This document shows positions 46,164-56,356 of a stretch of DNA of 64,000 nucleotides, piece by piece. The notes beneath the pieces are model-generated. The model was given only the letters and a program-made list of their open reading frames with translations, made no database searches and was not told the DNA's origin. Position 1 is the first letter of the stretch. The number at the start of each line of letters is the position of its first letter. The position numbers and the translations under genes were made by a program. Origin of the DNA: an uncultured Desulfosarcina sp. (GTDB lineage Bacteria > Desulfobacterota > Desulfobacteria > Desulfobacterales > Desulfosarcinaceae). Location of the stretch: NCBI GenBank assembly GCA_963674945.2, contig CAXXWQ010000003.1, positions 1,056,001 through 1,120,000 on the forward strand, in the 5' to 3' direction.

Positions 46164-47287
46164 TCGGTGGACACGGTGGAAACATCTATGAACTGGCACG
46201 GCAGTTGGAATGTCTTCCGGCCGAAATCGTCGACATGAGCGCCAATGTCAATCCCCTGGGCCCCATGCCCGAATTGGTCGCGTATCTTGCCGATAACCTT
46301 GCCGCCATATCCGTGTTGCCCGAGGCGGCTGCCGAAACCGCGGTCCGGGCATTTGCCGATTTCCACGACGTCGACCCCGGGATGGTGATGGCGGGCAACG
46401 GCACCACGGAACTGATCTATCGCATTCCCCGGGCCGTGAAGGCGAAAAAGGCGCTTGTGGTGGGCCCCACCTATGCCGACTACAAAGATGCCTGCACCAT
46501 GAACCATGTGGCCTGCGATCACATGATCCTGGAGCCGTCCGACGATTTTTCCCTGGACATGGAATCCGTGGCCGCGATCGATGCGGATCTTGTCTTCATC
46601 TGCAATCCCAACAACCCCACTGGCACGCTGACCGACCGTTCGGACATCGAGGCCCTTTGCCGGACAAATCCGGAGACCCTGTTCCTGATCGACGAATCCT
46701 ATCTGCCGTTTGCCGATGCACCGGAACAAATTACCATGATCGGCTCGGATCTGCCCAACGTAATGGTTCTCAACTCCATGTCCAAGGCGTTTCGCATTCC
46801 CGGGCTTCGCATCGGTTTTGTCAAGGCGCCCGGTCAGTTGGTGGACCGGCTGACACCCTATGCCCTCCCATGGTCGGTCAACGGCCTTGCCCAGGCGGCG
46901 GTCACATGGCTCATGACCCATCCGGAAAAGGTGAACCCTTTTCTCGAACATACGCGATCCATGATCCGAAAGGAAAAATCATGGGTAGTCCGACGTCTTG
47001 CCGAAGAAAGCGATATCCGATGCTTTCCATCGGCCACCACGTTCATCCTCATGGCACTTCCCGAACATCTCACCGCTGCGGCCGTATGGCAGCATATGGC
47101 AAAAAATCGCATCTTGATCCGTGACTGCTCCAATTTCACGGGGCTCTCAGAGCGCTATGTGCGCCTCTCCCTCAGAAAAGAAGGGGAGAACCTGCGTGCC
47201 ACGGAACTCCTGATCGATTTCTGTCGATCTGGCGTTGCAGGCCCCGACCGGAAAGGAAAACCAAGGGGGAAAGAAAGTGAACGGTGA
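46160..47287 (+). CDS. cobD: L-threonine-O-3-phosphate decarboxylase
   Basis: HGGN, DMSANVNPLG, GNGTTELI, CNPNNPTG, SMSKAFRIPGLRIG, ILIRDCSNF; position in the cob cluster. Confidence 0.9.
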   Translation: MIGGHGGNIYELARQLECLPAEIVDMSANVNPLGPMPELVAYLADNLAAISVLPEAAAETAVRAFADFHDVDPGMVMAGNGTTELIYRIPRAVKAKKALVVGPTYADYKDACTMNHVACDHMILEPSDDFSLDMESVAAIDADLVFICNPNNPTGTLTDRSDIEALCRTNPETLFLIDESYLPFADAPEQITMIGSDLPNVMVLNSMSKAFRIPGLRIGFVKAPGQLVDRLTPYALPWSVNGLAQAAVTWLMTHPEKVNPFLEHTRSMIRKEKSWVVRRLAEESDIRCFPSATTFILMALPEHLTAAAVWQHMAKNRILIRDCSNFTGLSERYVRLSLRKEGENLRATELLIDFCRSGVAGPDRKGKPRGKESER

Positions 47288-48236
47288 CGGATTGGCCCTG
47301 GCCCTGACACTGGCCTTCGCCCTGGACATGATGTTGGGAGATCCACTGTGGTTTCCCCACCCCATACGATGGATGGGTCTGGCCATCGAATGGGCGGAAC
47401 CCCGGTTTCGCCGGTTGCCCACCGGTTTGCTTTTCTCCGGCGCCTTTCTTTCGGTCAGCCTGGTGGTGGCCGTGTGGGTACTCGCCTTTGTACTGGTTGC
47501 CGTGTCCAACCGCATCCACCCGGCAGTGGGGATTTTCGTGCAAACCATCCTGATCTTCTCATGCCTCTCCGCACGAAGTCTCGCAGAGGCGGCCCAAGGC
47601 GTCGGCACGGCATTGATGGAAAAAGGGCTTGTGGCCGGCCGGCAGGCCGTTGCCATGATCGTGGGCCGGGAGGTGGATCGCCTGGATGATACGGCGGTCA
47701 CCCGGGCCGCCGTGGAAACGGTTTCCGAGAACCTGGTGGACGGATTCGTCTCTCCCGTCTTCTTCGCCCTTATCGGGGGAGCACCCCTTGCCATGGCCTA
47801 TAAGATGGTCAATACCCTGGACTCCATGATCGGATACAAGAACGATCGCTACATTCTTTTCGGCCGTTTTGCTGCCCGCATGGACGACGCGGCCAATTGG
47901 ATCCCCGCCCGTTTGTCGGTACCCTTTATCGCCCTGGCAGCCCAATTAACGAGCGGCCGGGGGAGCAAGGTCCTGGCCATGGCCCGGCAGGACGGAAGAT
48001 GCCACGCCAGTCCCAATGCCGGTTATCCGGAGGCCGCCTTTGCCGGTGCCCTCGGCATCTGGATGGGCGGTCCCAACTTTTATCACGGCAAACTCGTGGA
48101 AAAACCGGTCATCGGAAAGGGGTTGGCCGAGGCCCAGGACATCCACATCAATCAGGCCTGCCGGTTGATGCTGGCCGTATCGGTGCTGGTCTTTCTGGCG
48201 GCGGCAGTGACCCGTCTTCTCTTTTACGTAAATTGA
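47277..48236 (+). CDS. cbiB: Adenosylcobinamide-phosphate synthase
   Basis: GDPLWFPHPIRWMG, IVGR, ETVSENLVDG, YKMVNTLDSMIGY, SPNAGYPEAAFAGAL. Confidence 0.95.
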   Translation: MNGDGLALALTLAFALDMMLGDPLWFPHPIRWMGLAIEWAEPRFRRLPTGLLFSGAFLSVSLVVAVWVLAFVLVAVSNRIHPAVGIFVQTILIFSCLSARSLAEAAQGVGTALMEKGLVAGRQAVAMIVGREVDRLDDTAVTRAAVETVSENLVDGFVSPVFFALIGGAPLAMAYKMVNTLDSMIGYKNDRYILFGRFAARMDDAANWIPARLSVPFIALAAQLTSGRGSKVLAMARQDGRCHASPNAGYPEAAFAGALGIWMGGPNFYHGKLVEKPVIGKGLAEAQDIHINQACRLMLAVSVLVFLAAAVTRLLFYVN

Positions 48237-48375
48237 ACGATTGGCGAATAGCAACATAACTTCTAAGAATTGTTGATCAATATCAATGACCAACAGATAA
48301 AAGCCAACAGCGAATTGCTAAAGGCGAACCGCTTACCTTTGATTTTAATCACTGTTACAATGGCAAAAAACACCC

Positions 48376-49206
48376 ATGAACGAGAAAAAGCCATCCACGA
48401 CGAACTTCCCTCCGCTTTCGCGTTGCGCCAAGAATCGCTTTTCCTTTTCGGTGGCCTGTCCCTCCTTCGTCTATCGGGCCGGATACCAGGACAATGTCCG
48501 CCACCTGGCCCCCTTCGTAGATGAGATCCAACTCCTCTTTTTCGAAAGCCATCCACCGGAAAGCCTTCCGGATCAACCGTTGATCCGTGACCTGGCAGAA
48601 CTACGAGAGACGCTCTCCATCGACTTCAACGTGCACCTTCCATCGGATCTGTCCACCGGATCACCGGATTCGGCAGAACGTCGACACGCCGCCGAAATCC
48701 TCAAAAAGGTAATTGCGGCCTGCGAACCCCTTGCGCCCACCACCTACACCTTGCATCTGTCACCGAACCCGGACGATGCCCCGGACGACAACACATGGCA
48801 AAAGTGGCAGACGGAGACGATCTTACGGGTGTTGGAGGCCGGTGTGGACAGTCGCCGGATCAGTGTGGAGACCCTGGATTATTCCCTTGAAAGAGCGGCC
48901 GGCGTTATCGAAAACCTGAATCTCTCCATCTGCATGGACATGGGGCACCTCATGGTTCATGGCTTTTCCCTGATGGATTTTTTTCGACGATGGGAAGACC
49001 GCATCACCATCGTCCACCTTCACGGCGTCGACGGCACCAACGACCATTTGCCGCTGAACCGGCTGAACCAGGGACAGATGGACTCGGTGACAACGATTCT
49101 GGACCGGTTCTCCGGCACGGTGACCTTGGAGGTCTATTCTTATCCGGCCTTAAATGCCTCCATCTCTCATTTGATGGAGGACCGGTTTGGGGTAATAAAA
49201 AAGTGA
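48376..49206 (+). CDS. cbiR: AP-endonuclease-2 TIM-barrel protein, probable cobamide remodeling phosphodiesterase
   Basis: DEIQLLFFES, VHLPSDL, TLH, SVETL, CMDMGH, VHLHG...DH, LEV metal ligands; directly after cbiB. Confidence 0.7.
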   Translation: MNEKKPSTTNFPPLSRCAKNRFSFSVACPSFVYRAGYQDNVRHLAPFVDEIQLLFFESHPPESLPDQPLIRDLAELRETLSIDFNVHLPSDLSTGSPDSAERRHAAEILKKVIAACEPLAPTTYTLHLSPNPDDAPDDNTWQKWQTETILRVLEAGVDSRRISVETLDYSLERAAGVIENLNLSICMDMGHLMVHGFSLMDFFRRWEDRITIVHLHGVDGTNDHLPLNRLNQGQMDSVTTILDRFSGTVTLEVYSYPALNASISHLMEDRFGVIKK

Positions 49207-49247
49207 TGGGTTATCAGTTATGAGTGATGCGTAATGGGTGATGGGTG

Positions 49248-50492
49248 ATGGATGTCAAAGGCAAAAAAGTAGAACTGCTGGCGCCGGCCGGCACAATGGA
49301 AAAGCTCGAAATTGCCATCCATTATGGCGCCGACGCCGTATACCTCTCCGGCAAAGCGTTCAGCCTGAGAAGCTTTTCGGCGAACTTCTCCATCGAAGAG
49401 ATGAAGACGGCGCGACGCCTGACGCGTGAGAAAGGCGTGAGGATGTATGTGGCCGTAAACATCTACTCCCATGACGAGGAGGCGGCGGCCATTTGCAGGT
49501 ACCTGTCGTCGATGGCGGATATCGCACCGGATGGGGTGATCGTCGCCGACCCGGCCATCCTGGTGATGGCGAAAAGGCATCTGCCGGGCATTCCCATCCA
49601 CATCAGCACCCAGGCCAACACCACCAACGCTACCGCGGCACGCTTCTGGCGGGACCAGGGTGCGGTCCGGATCAACGTTGCCAGGGAACTGACCCTACAG
49701 CAGATCCGACAAATCGCGGAAAAAAGCGGAATAGTCGTGGAAGCCTTCGTCCACGGCGCCATGTGCATGGCCTACTCGGGCCGATGTCTTCTCTCCGGCT
49801 TCTTGAAAAACCGACCGAGCAACCGTGGAGAATGCTGTCAACCCTGCCGGTTTCATTATACGGTAATGGAAGAAACCCGTCCGGGCCAGTACTTTCCCAT
49901 CGCCGAGGACCAGCGGGGCGCCTACATCTTCAACTCCCGGGACCTTTGCATGATCGATCACCTGCCGGCCATGATCCGTGCCGGCATCGTCTCATTGAAG
50001 ATCGAAGGGCGCATGAAAAGCATCCACTATCTGGCAGCAGTCGTGAAAGTCTATCGGGAGGCCATCGACCGATGGTTCGCCGATCCGGATACCTACACGG
50101 TGATGCCCCACTGGAAAGAGGAACTCACGGCCATCAGCAACCGGGGGTACTGCACCGGATTTTATTTGGGTGATCCCGAACAGACGGCTGCCAATGTTGA
50201 GAACATCAACCACCCCGGCCTCCGATTCGTAGCCAAGGTCGTCGACCAAACCAAAGACGGCGGCGCACGCGTTGTGGTGAAAAACAGGATCTTCTCCGGC
50301 GACCGGGTGAATGTCCTCTCTCACAAAGGGCCCACACGAATGGATCGCATCGAGAAAATCACCGACGAAACGGGTGCCACGCTCTCGCCGGCCCAACCTG
50401 GAATTATCGCACGCCTCTACCTGGGTCGTCAACCAGAACCGCTTGATATGATACGGATTCCACCGAATCTGACAGATAGGAAAGCCCCATGA
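49248..50492 (+). CDS. U32 family protein (TrhP/PrtC-like Fe-S hydroxylation protein)
   Basis: ELLAPAG, GADAVY, HISTQA, EAFVHGAMCMAYSGRC, CCQPCR, SLKIEGRMK. Confidence 0.9.
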   Translation: MDVKGKKVELLAPAGTMEKLEIAIHYGADAVYLSGKAFSLRSFSANFSIEEMKTARRLTREKGVRMYVAVNIYSHDEEAAAICRYLSSMADIAPDGVIVADPAILVMAKRHLPGIPIHISTQANTTNATAARFWRDQGAVRINVARELTLQQIRQIAEKSGIVVEAFVHGAMCMAYSGRCLLSGFLKNRPSNRGECCQPCRFHYTVMEETRPGQYFPIAEDQRGAYIFNSRDLCMIDHLPAMIRAGIVSLKIEGRMKSIHYLAAVVKVYREAIDRWFADPDTYTVMPHWKEELTAISNRGYCTGFYLGDPEQTAANVENINHPGLRFVAKVVDQTKDGGARVVVKNRIFSGDRVNVLSHKGPTRMDRIEKITDETGATLSPAQPGIIARLYLGRQPEPLDMIRIPPNLTDRKAP

Positions 50493-51286
50493 TCGTCGTT
50501 TCCGACAACCTGCGCATTACGCTGCCCGCCATTTTATCGGCAGTGGAAAACATGGATCCCACTCCCATTCGCGACCTGATCCGACGTTGTGTGCATGCCG
50601 GTGTCGGGGCCGTGGACGTCAACAGCGGGCCGCTTTCAAAAGGTGCCCGGGAAAAGATGAATTTTCTGGTTCGAACGGTCCAGGAGGCCTGCGATCTGCC
50701 CCTGTTCATCGACACCGTCAATCCGGAAGCCATGGAAGCGGGGCTGGTCGCATGCCACGGTCGCGGCGTCATCAACGGCGTCTCCCTGGAACCGGAGAAG
50801 CTATCTGCGATTCTGCCACTGGCCGTGCGCCACGATGTCCATGTCATCGCCTATCTTCTGGATGAAAAGGGCCATGTTCCACCCGACGCCGCCGGACGCA
50901 TGGAGGTGGCCGTCGCCCTCTTTGCCGAACTGGAACAGGCCGGCATCGCACCCGCACGGATCATCTTCGATCCGGTGGTGGCGCCACTGGTATGGCAGGA
51001 CGGAAACCGCCAGAACATGGCGGTGCTGGAGGTGATTCGTTCCCTGCCGGATCTGCTGGGGGTGAGGGTACGGACCATCGCCGGGCTCTCCAACCTGACC
51101 ACCGGTGCTCCGAACAAAGCCAGCCGCGCCCATTACCAGGCGGCTTTTCTGCCCATGCTGGCGGCCGCCGGCACGGATATGATCCTGATGAACACTCAGG
51201 ATCCGAATCTGCTCCGGGTTGCGGCCGTCAGCCGGTCGATCACCGGCGAGGCGATCTTTTCATGGGTCGGATCGGCTATAGTTTGA
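50489..51286 (+). CDS. Pterin-binding methyltransferase module (AcsE / MetH folate-binding domain-like)
   Basis: VDVNSG, LFIDT, AMEAGL, VING, IFDP, AGLSNLT. Confidence 0.8.
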   Translation: MIVVSDNLRITLPAILSAVENMDPTPIRDLIRRCVHAGVGAVDVNSGPLSKGAREKMNFLVRTVQEACDLPLFIDTVNPEAMEAGLVACHGRGVINGVSLEPEKLSAILPLAVRHDVHVIAYLLDEKGHVPPDAAGRMEVAVALFAELEQAGIAPARIIFDPVVAPLVWQDGNRQNMAVLEVIRSLPDLLGVRVRTIAGLSNLTTGAPNKASRAHYQAAFLPMLAAAGTDMILMNTQDPNLLRVAAVSRSITGEAIFSWVGSAIV

Positions 51287-53222
51287 AACGCCCGATGTTC
51301 TGGTGGAGTTTTTCCGCCAGGGAGGAAAGTGCACCGGCACTTTCGCTTACTTTATCACTGCTGCCCACAAGCATGCGTGCCGCCTGGTTTACGTCGGCAA
51401 TCTCTTCGGAAATTTTGGCTGATGAAGAGGAGCTGTGGGCGACATTTTCGTTGACATCATTGATGCCCAAAGACGCCTGGGAAACGTTACCGGCAATCTC
51501 CTCGGTGGAGACCGCCTGCTCTTCCACTGCCGCGGCGATGGTCGAAACGATTTCGTCGACTTCGTTGATTACCTGAGAAATGATCGTAATTTCGTCGATG
51601 GTCTGGGTTGAAGAGTTTTGGATCCCCTCGATTTTGGATTTGATCTCGCTGGTGGCCTGGGCCGTCTGCCGGGCGAGTTCCTTTATCTCATTGGCCACGA
51701 CGGCAAACCCTTTCCCGGCTTCACCTGCCCTGGCCGCCTCGATGGTGGCATTCAGAGCCAGCAGATTGGTCTGCTCGGAAATTTCTGTAATCACCTCGGT
51801 GAACCTGCTGATCTGATCGGCGGCGTCACCCAACCGATTGATATTGGATGTGGCGCCGCTGGCTTTGGCTACGGCGTCATTGGTGATGATACGGGCCTTC
51901 TCCGAACTCTTTGCAATCTCTTTTACCGTAACCGCCATCTCCTCCGTGGAACTGGCCACGAGACTCACATTGGCCGAGGCCTCCTCGCTGGCGGCGGCTA
52001 CGGAGTTCATGTTGGAACTCATATCTTCGGCGGCGGAGGCGACGCTGTTTGACTTTTCGGAAGCATTCTGCGCGCCATGGGACATCTGGCCGGAGATATC
52101 TGTCAGGTCGGATGAAGCGCTCTTCAGTGAATCGGCGTCGGCAGAGATCTCTTTTAACATCATCTGCAGCTTTTCCACAAACAGATTGATCCATCGCGCC
52201 AGTTCGCCGGTCTCGTCTTCGCTGCTCACCTGGATGCGCTTGTTCAATTCTCCTTCACCATCGGCCAGATCCTTCACCATCTCGTTGAGGCGCTGAATGG
52301 AATCGGAGACATTCTTGGCGATGAAAAAATTCACCAGGATGCCCAAAACAGAGGCAATCAAGATCACGCCGATAATCTTTGAAAAGTACCCTTTGATGGT
52401 GGAAAAGAGATTTTCATTGCTTTGGTCTACAACCTTTTCGACACCTTCGGCGATTGCGGTGATGCCGGCGTTTATTTCGTGCTCGAGTGCATTGAGGGTA
52501 TGTTCGTTGTCGATAAATTCCAACACCAGGGCCTTGATCTGCAGATTATTGGCCTTGGCCTGTCTCGCGGCTGCTTCATTGGACGTTCCCTTGAGCAGTT
52601 CGATGTCCTTTGTGACATTGGTGACGAGGGTGTCCAGAAACTTGATGAGTTCGTCTTTCACGGCAATATCTTGCTTCAACCTGCCGAAAAGCAGCCTGAT
52701 CCGGAAATTGGCGTTCGTGTTCATGCTGGCACCGACGATGACGGCTCTCTCCATGTCCGAGACCCCCATGCGGGTATCGAACCCCACGAGACGATCGCTT
52801 ATCTTTTTGATCACATCGTTGGAGGCAGCCAAGGATGCTTCGGTCAAAGTGGTGATTTCCCCTTCGATGGCCTGATTTCTGGACCGGACTTCTTTAAAGG
52901 TCGCTGTCTTGCCCTTGACCTGCGAGACATTTTTCTTCAGTGAATCGTCGGGAAGTCGCGACTCCAGTTGTTGGAGCATCTTGTCGAGGGTATCTTTGGA
53001 AATCCGTTGGTGGACATAATCCGTAACGGCGAGTTCGGCACGTCGAATGTCACTGGAAAGGGCATTTAACATTTGTCCTTGCTCGGAAGAACGTTTGATC
53101 AGTTCATTGGAACTAATGAAAAAATAGATTACGATGGATATGAGAAGTAAGTACAACACGCCGGTGACCTGCAATTTTCTTCTGATCTTCATGTTCTGAA
53201 TCAATTTCATTTTTTCTTGCAC
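51276..53222 (-). CDS. Methyl-accepting chemotaxis protein (start may be an ATG slightly downstream)
   Basis: Two TMs flanking a helical sensor, HAMP ([11 protein letters not shown]), [37 protein letters not shown]. Confidence 0.95.
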   Translation of the reverse strand: MQEKMKLIQNMKIRRKLQVTGVLYLLLISIVIYFFISSNELIKRSSEQGQMLNALSSDIRRAELAVTDYVHQRISKDTLDKMLQQLESRLPDDSLKKNVSQVKGKTATFKEVRSRNQAIEGEITTLTEASLAASNDVIKKISDRLVGFDTRMGVSDMERAVIVGASMNTNANFRIRLLFGRLKQDIAVKDELIKFLDTLVTNVTKDIELLKGTSNEAAARQAKANNLQIKALVLEFIDNEHTLNALEHEINAGITAIAEGVEKVVDQSNENLFSTIKGYFSKIIGVILIASVLGILVNFFIAKNVSDSIQRLNEMVKDLADGEGELNKRIQVSSEDETGELARWINLFVEKLQMMLKEISADADSLKSASSDLTDISGQMSHGAQNASEKSNSVASAAEDMSSNMNSVAAASEEASANVSLVASSTEEMAVTVKEIAKSSEKARIITNDAVAKASGATSNINRLGDAADQISRFTEVITEISEQTNLLALNATIEAARAGEAGKGFAVVANEIKELARQTAQATSEIKSKIEGIQNSSTQTIDEITIISQVINEVDEIVSTIAAAVEEQAVSTEEIAGNVSQASLGINDVNENVAHSSSSSAKISEEIADVNQAARMLVGSSDKVSESAGALSSLAEKLHQNIGRFKL

Positions 53223-53456
53223 TCCCTATCGAATCTGTTGGATGGTAACCAATGAAGTTTATCGGTAGGGAGGTCGGCAGACTTTACCTAAATTGACGTT
53301 ATGAAGAATTTGACATATCATTGTTAATGATAAACCTTTGTATCTCTATCTTTTTTCAATCAGCACCATGAATTTACATCTGCCGTTTACCATTGGAATC
53401 CAAAGAGGTTCCCTGAATCCTTGAAACCACGACAGGAAAGCTTGCAAGGAGGTGCC

Positions 53457-54479
53457 ATGCAATTTATGTCCATTCGCAAAGAGACCATCATGCGAAACCC
53501 CCAAAAGGAGATGGAAGAGCGGCGCATCCCCAGTGAAATCCGTATCGATCCGCTGACGAAAAGGACGGCGCGGATCTGTCACTTCATGAAACTGAAGTGG
53601 GAGAAACCCGATTTCGACTCCCTCTTGGCGGGTACCGCCAAGTGGTGTCCCTTTTGCGCCGACAAGGTCCTTACGGTGACACCGGTATTCCCCACCGACC
53701 TCATCCCCCAAGGGCGCATGGTAAGGGACGATATGGTCATCTTTCCCAATATCGCCCCCTACGACAGCATCGGGGCGGTGGCCACATTCGGCAGCCGCCA
53801 TTATATCCCCATGACAGAATTCACGGCCGAACACATGGCACTTGCCTTCGGATTCGCCAACGACTTCTTCCGGCAGGTGAAGGAGACCGGCCATGCCGAA
53901 GCCGTTTACCCCATCGTCAACTGGAACTACATGCCGCCGGCGGGAAGCTCCATTATCCATCCGCACCTTCAAGTCTTCTACTCTTCCTCGGCGCCCAACC
54001 TTTTGCGACAGGAGATCGAGGCATCGGCAGCATACCAAAAAACCCATGGCACCTCCTATTGGGATGATCTGATCGAAGCGGAGAAGAAAAACGGCGAGCG
54101 CTATCTGGGACGGATCGGAAGGTCCCACTGGCTGACGGCCTACGCACCCATGGGCGTGGCCGGTGACGTGCTGGCCATCGTGGAGGGTGCAAGGACCACC
54201 CTCGACCTTACCGAATCGGATTTACGGGACCTGGGAACAGGTCTTGCCAGGCTCATGGCCGAATACGACGAGATGGGTATCTACAGCTTCAACATGAACT
54301 TTTTCACGGGGGCAGAGGCAGACGACCATTTCCGGTTCCATCTGCTTTTTTCACCGCGCACCTTTTTCAGCCAGCAATTGGGGACACCGGATGTGGGCGC
54401 CATACGAAACCTGTTCAACGAGACCCTCTGCATGGCCTATCCGGAAGAGATCAATGAAATTTTGAAGGCGGGCTTTTAG
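53457..54479 (+). CDS. GalT-like (HIT superfamily) nucleotidyltransferase
   Basis: EIRIDPLT, CPFC, FPNIAPY, NWNYMPPAGSSIIHPHLQ (HxHxQ). Confidence 0.82.
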   Translation: MQFMSIRKETIMRNPQKEMEERRIPSEIRIDPLTKRTARICHFMKLKWEKPDFDSLLAGTAKWCPFCADKVLTVTPVFPTDLIPQGRMVRDDMVIFPNIAPYDSIGAVATFGSRHYIPMTEFTAEHMALAFGFANDFFRQVKETGHAEAVYPIVNWNYMPPAGSSIIHPHLQVFYSSSAPNLLRQEIEASAAYQKTHGTSYWDDLIEAEKKNGERYLGRIGRSHWLTAYAPMGVAGDVLAIVEGARTTLDLTESDLRDLGTGLARLMAEYDEMGIYSFNMNFFTGAEADDHFRFHLLFSPRTFFSQQLGTPDVGAIRNLFNETLCMAYPEEINEILKAGF

Positions 54480-54569
54480 CATACTATCAAAAAAAGACAA
54501 AGAGATTGAACGTCGAACATCGAACTTTGCGTCTTCGCGTCTTCACGTGAGATTTTATGGTTTTTCTAT

Positions 54570-55514
54570 CTATTCCACCAGCCGTTTCGCCAGCTCGTGG
54601 ATATGGCGCCCATCGGTGCCGCAGCACCCGCCCAGAATCTTCATGCCGAAGGTGGTCTTGAGGCCGGCCACGCTCTCTCCGAAAACCTCGGGCGCCTCGG
54701 ACACCAATTCATCGCAATCGTTCAGCTCTTCGGGGTTCAATGCCGCCGTATTGGCAAAGAGCCCGCAAACCCGATTTCTGACCAAATCGGAAGAGTTGGT
54801 CTCACTGCGCAAAGCCGATGCAAAGATCGAAGCATGTGTGCAGTTGATCATGAAGGCCATGGGTTTGGGGTGAATCGTTTCGTCGATATGGCCGATGGCT
54901 TTCGCGAGGGGCGTACCGTCGAGCATGGTCCCTTCGGGCCGTGCCACGAAACTGACGATGTAGGGTATATTCGTGGCTGCGATGACCGCCGCCAGGCCGG
55001 TGGCCTCTTCCAGGGCCGGCAATGTGGCCGCCAGTATGAAATCCACACCGCAACCGGCAAGCTTTTCAGCTTGCCACCGGTGAAATGCCTGGGCGCTTTT
55101 CGAGGACAGACCCGTGGACGGATCGTAGGCGTCTCCCTGACAGCTCATCAACCCGCAGATGACAACCTTCCCACCATAGGCGCCGTAACTGTTTCGCAGA
55201 TCGTCGAGGAAGCGAAAATTGTCCCCGTTCACGTCTTTTCCGGCGTATCCGGCATCCGCGATGCGCTCTTGGCTCGCCCGCCAGGTGGGGGTGGAAAGAA
55301 CCAACGGAAGGCCAAAACGGCTGCCGGCATCCAGGTATTCCCGATAAATCTTCTCCAGCGCCGCCCGCTTTTCAGCTTCATAAATGAATGCCGAATTGAC
55401 GATGTACGGATCCAATGAAAAATCGGTGTCCCGCCGCAAGCGTTCGATCACCGCCCCTTCCCCCAACATGACCGGAACAGATTCAAAAAATTGTCGAAAA
55501 GAGACTCGGCCCAT
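54570..55514 (-). CDS. Homocysteine S-methyltransferase family protein
   Basis: EYLDAG, GVDFILAATL, INCTH, LGGCCGT zinc ligands. Confidence 0.88.
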   Translation of the reverse strand: MGRVSFRQFFESVPVMLGEGAVIERLRRDTDFSLDPYIVNSAFIYEAEKRAALEKIYREYLDAGSRFGLPLVLSTPTWRASQERIADAGYAGKDVNGDNFRFLDDLRNSYGAYGGKVVICGLMSCQGDAYDPSTGLSSKSAQAFHRWQAEKLAGCGVDFILAATLPALEEATGLAAVIAATNIPYIVSFVARPEGTMLDGTPLAKAIGHIDETIHPKPMAFMINCTHASIFASALRSETNSSDLVRNRVCGLFANTAALNPEELNDCDELVSEAPEVFGESVAGLKTTFGMKILGGCCGTDGRHIHELAKRLVE

Positions 55515-55524
55515 TTACTTCTCC

Positions 55525-56316
55525 CTATTTTTCCTCAAAGGTAAAAGGTAGACGCAGACAAAAGGAAGCCCCCCCACCGCTTCGGTTTCCCACCGTGATA
55601 TCCCCGCCCAGGTGACGCGCCAGAATACGTGCGCCCGCCAACCCCAACCCATGGCCCGTCCTGGATAACGAAGGGGATGGCCCGAGCTGGGTGTATCGCT
55701 GGAAAATCAATTCCTGATGCCCCTCCTTCACACCGGGACCGTCATCTTTCACCTCGACAAAAAGATGGTTTTCATCCCCTTTGATGTCGATGAACAGATG
55801 TTGTGTTCTGTGCTGGAGGGCATTTTTAATGAGATTGCCGACGATTTGCGCGAATTTGGTCTCATCCTGCCATATTCGAAAGATCGGATCTTTTGTGGTA
55901 TAAGAAAGATGAATGCCGCTTCGCTCCAGCATCGTCAGACGAGCCGGATCCTCCCCGATCTCATGAAGTATTTCCCATAAGCGGTTGTCGGTCGCTTCCA
56001 GTACCGCCATCAAGGTTCGATCGATCACGGCAACCGGATTGAAAGAGGAACAATGAAACCATCCCGCATCCGACCGCCCCACTTCCAGCAAGTCGGCAAG
56101 CATGTCCCGGACCTTCTTGGCATTTCTCAGGGCTCGATGCAAGGATTTATTCTGGCGATCGGTCAGCATTCCGTATTTATTGGGTTTTTCCAATAGCATA
56201 CGGATTGCGCTCTCGATGACCGCTACAGGATTTTTCAGTTCATGAATGAGAAATTCCACATTCATGTCTCGAAAAAATCCCTCTTGTTTAGGCGTTATCT
56301 TATACTCTTTTCTCAT
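55525..56316 (-). CDS. Histidine kinase lacking an input domain
   Basis: IHELKNP H-box at about residue 25, NLIKNA, DDGPG, GHGLGL. Confidence 0.88.
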   Translation of the reverse strand: MRKEYKITPKQEGFFRDMNVEFLIHELKNPVAVIESAIRMLLEKPNKYGMLTDRQNKSLHRALRNAKKVRDMLADLLEVGRSDAGWFHCSSFNPVAVIDRTLMAVLEATDNRLWEILHEIGEDPARLTMLERSGIHLSYTTKDPIFRIWQDETKFAQIVGNLIKNALQHRTQHLFIDIKGDENHLFVEVKDDGPGVKEGHQELIFQRYTQLGPSPSLSRTGHGLGLAGARILARHLGGDITVGNRSGGGASFCLRLPFTFEEK

Positions 56317-56356
56317 TTCTCTTTTCTCATTTCTCTTGGCTCACTGTCTTTGTGAT

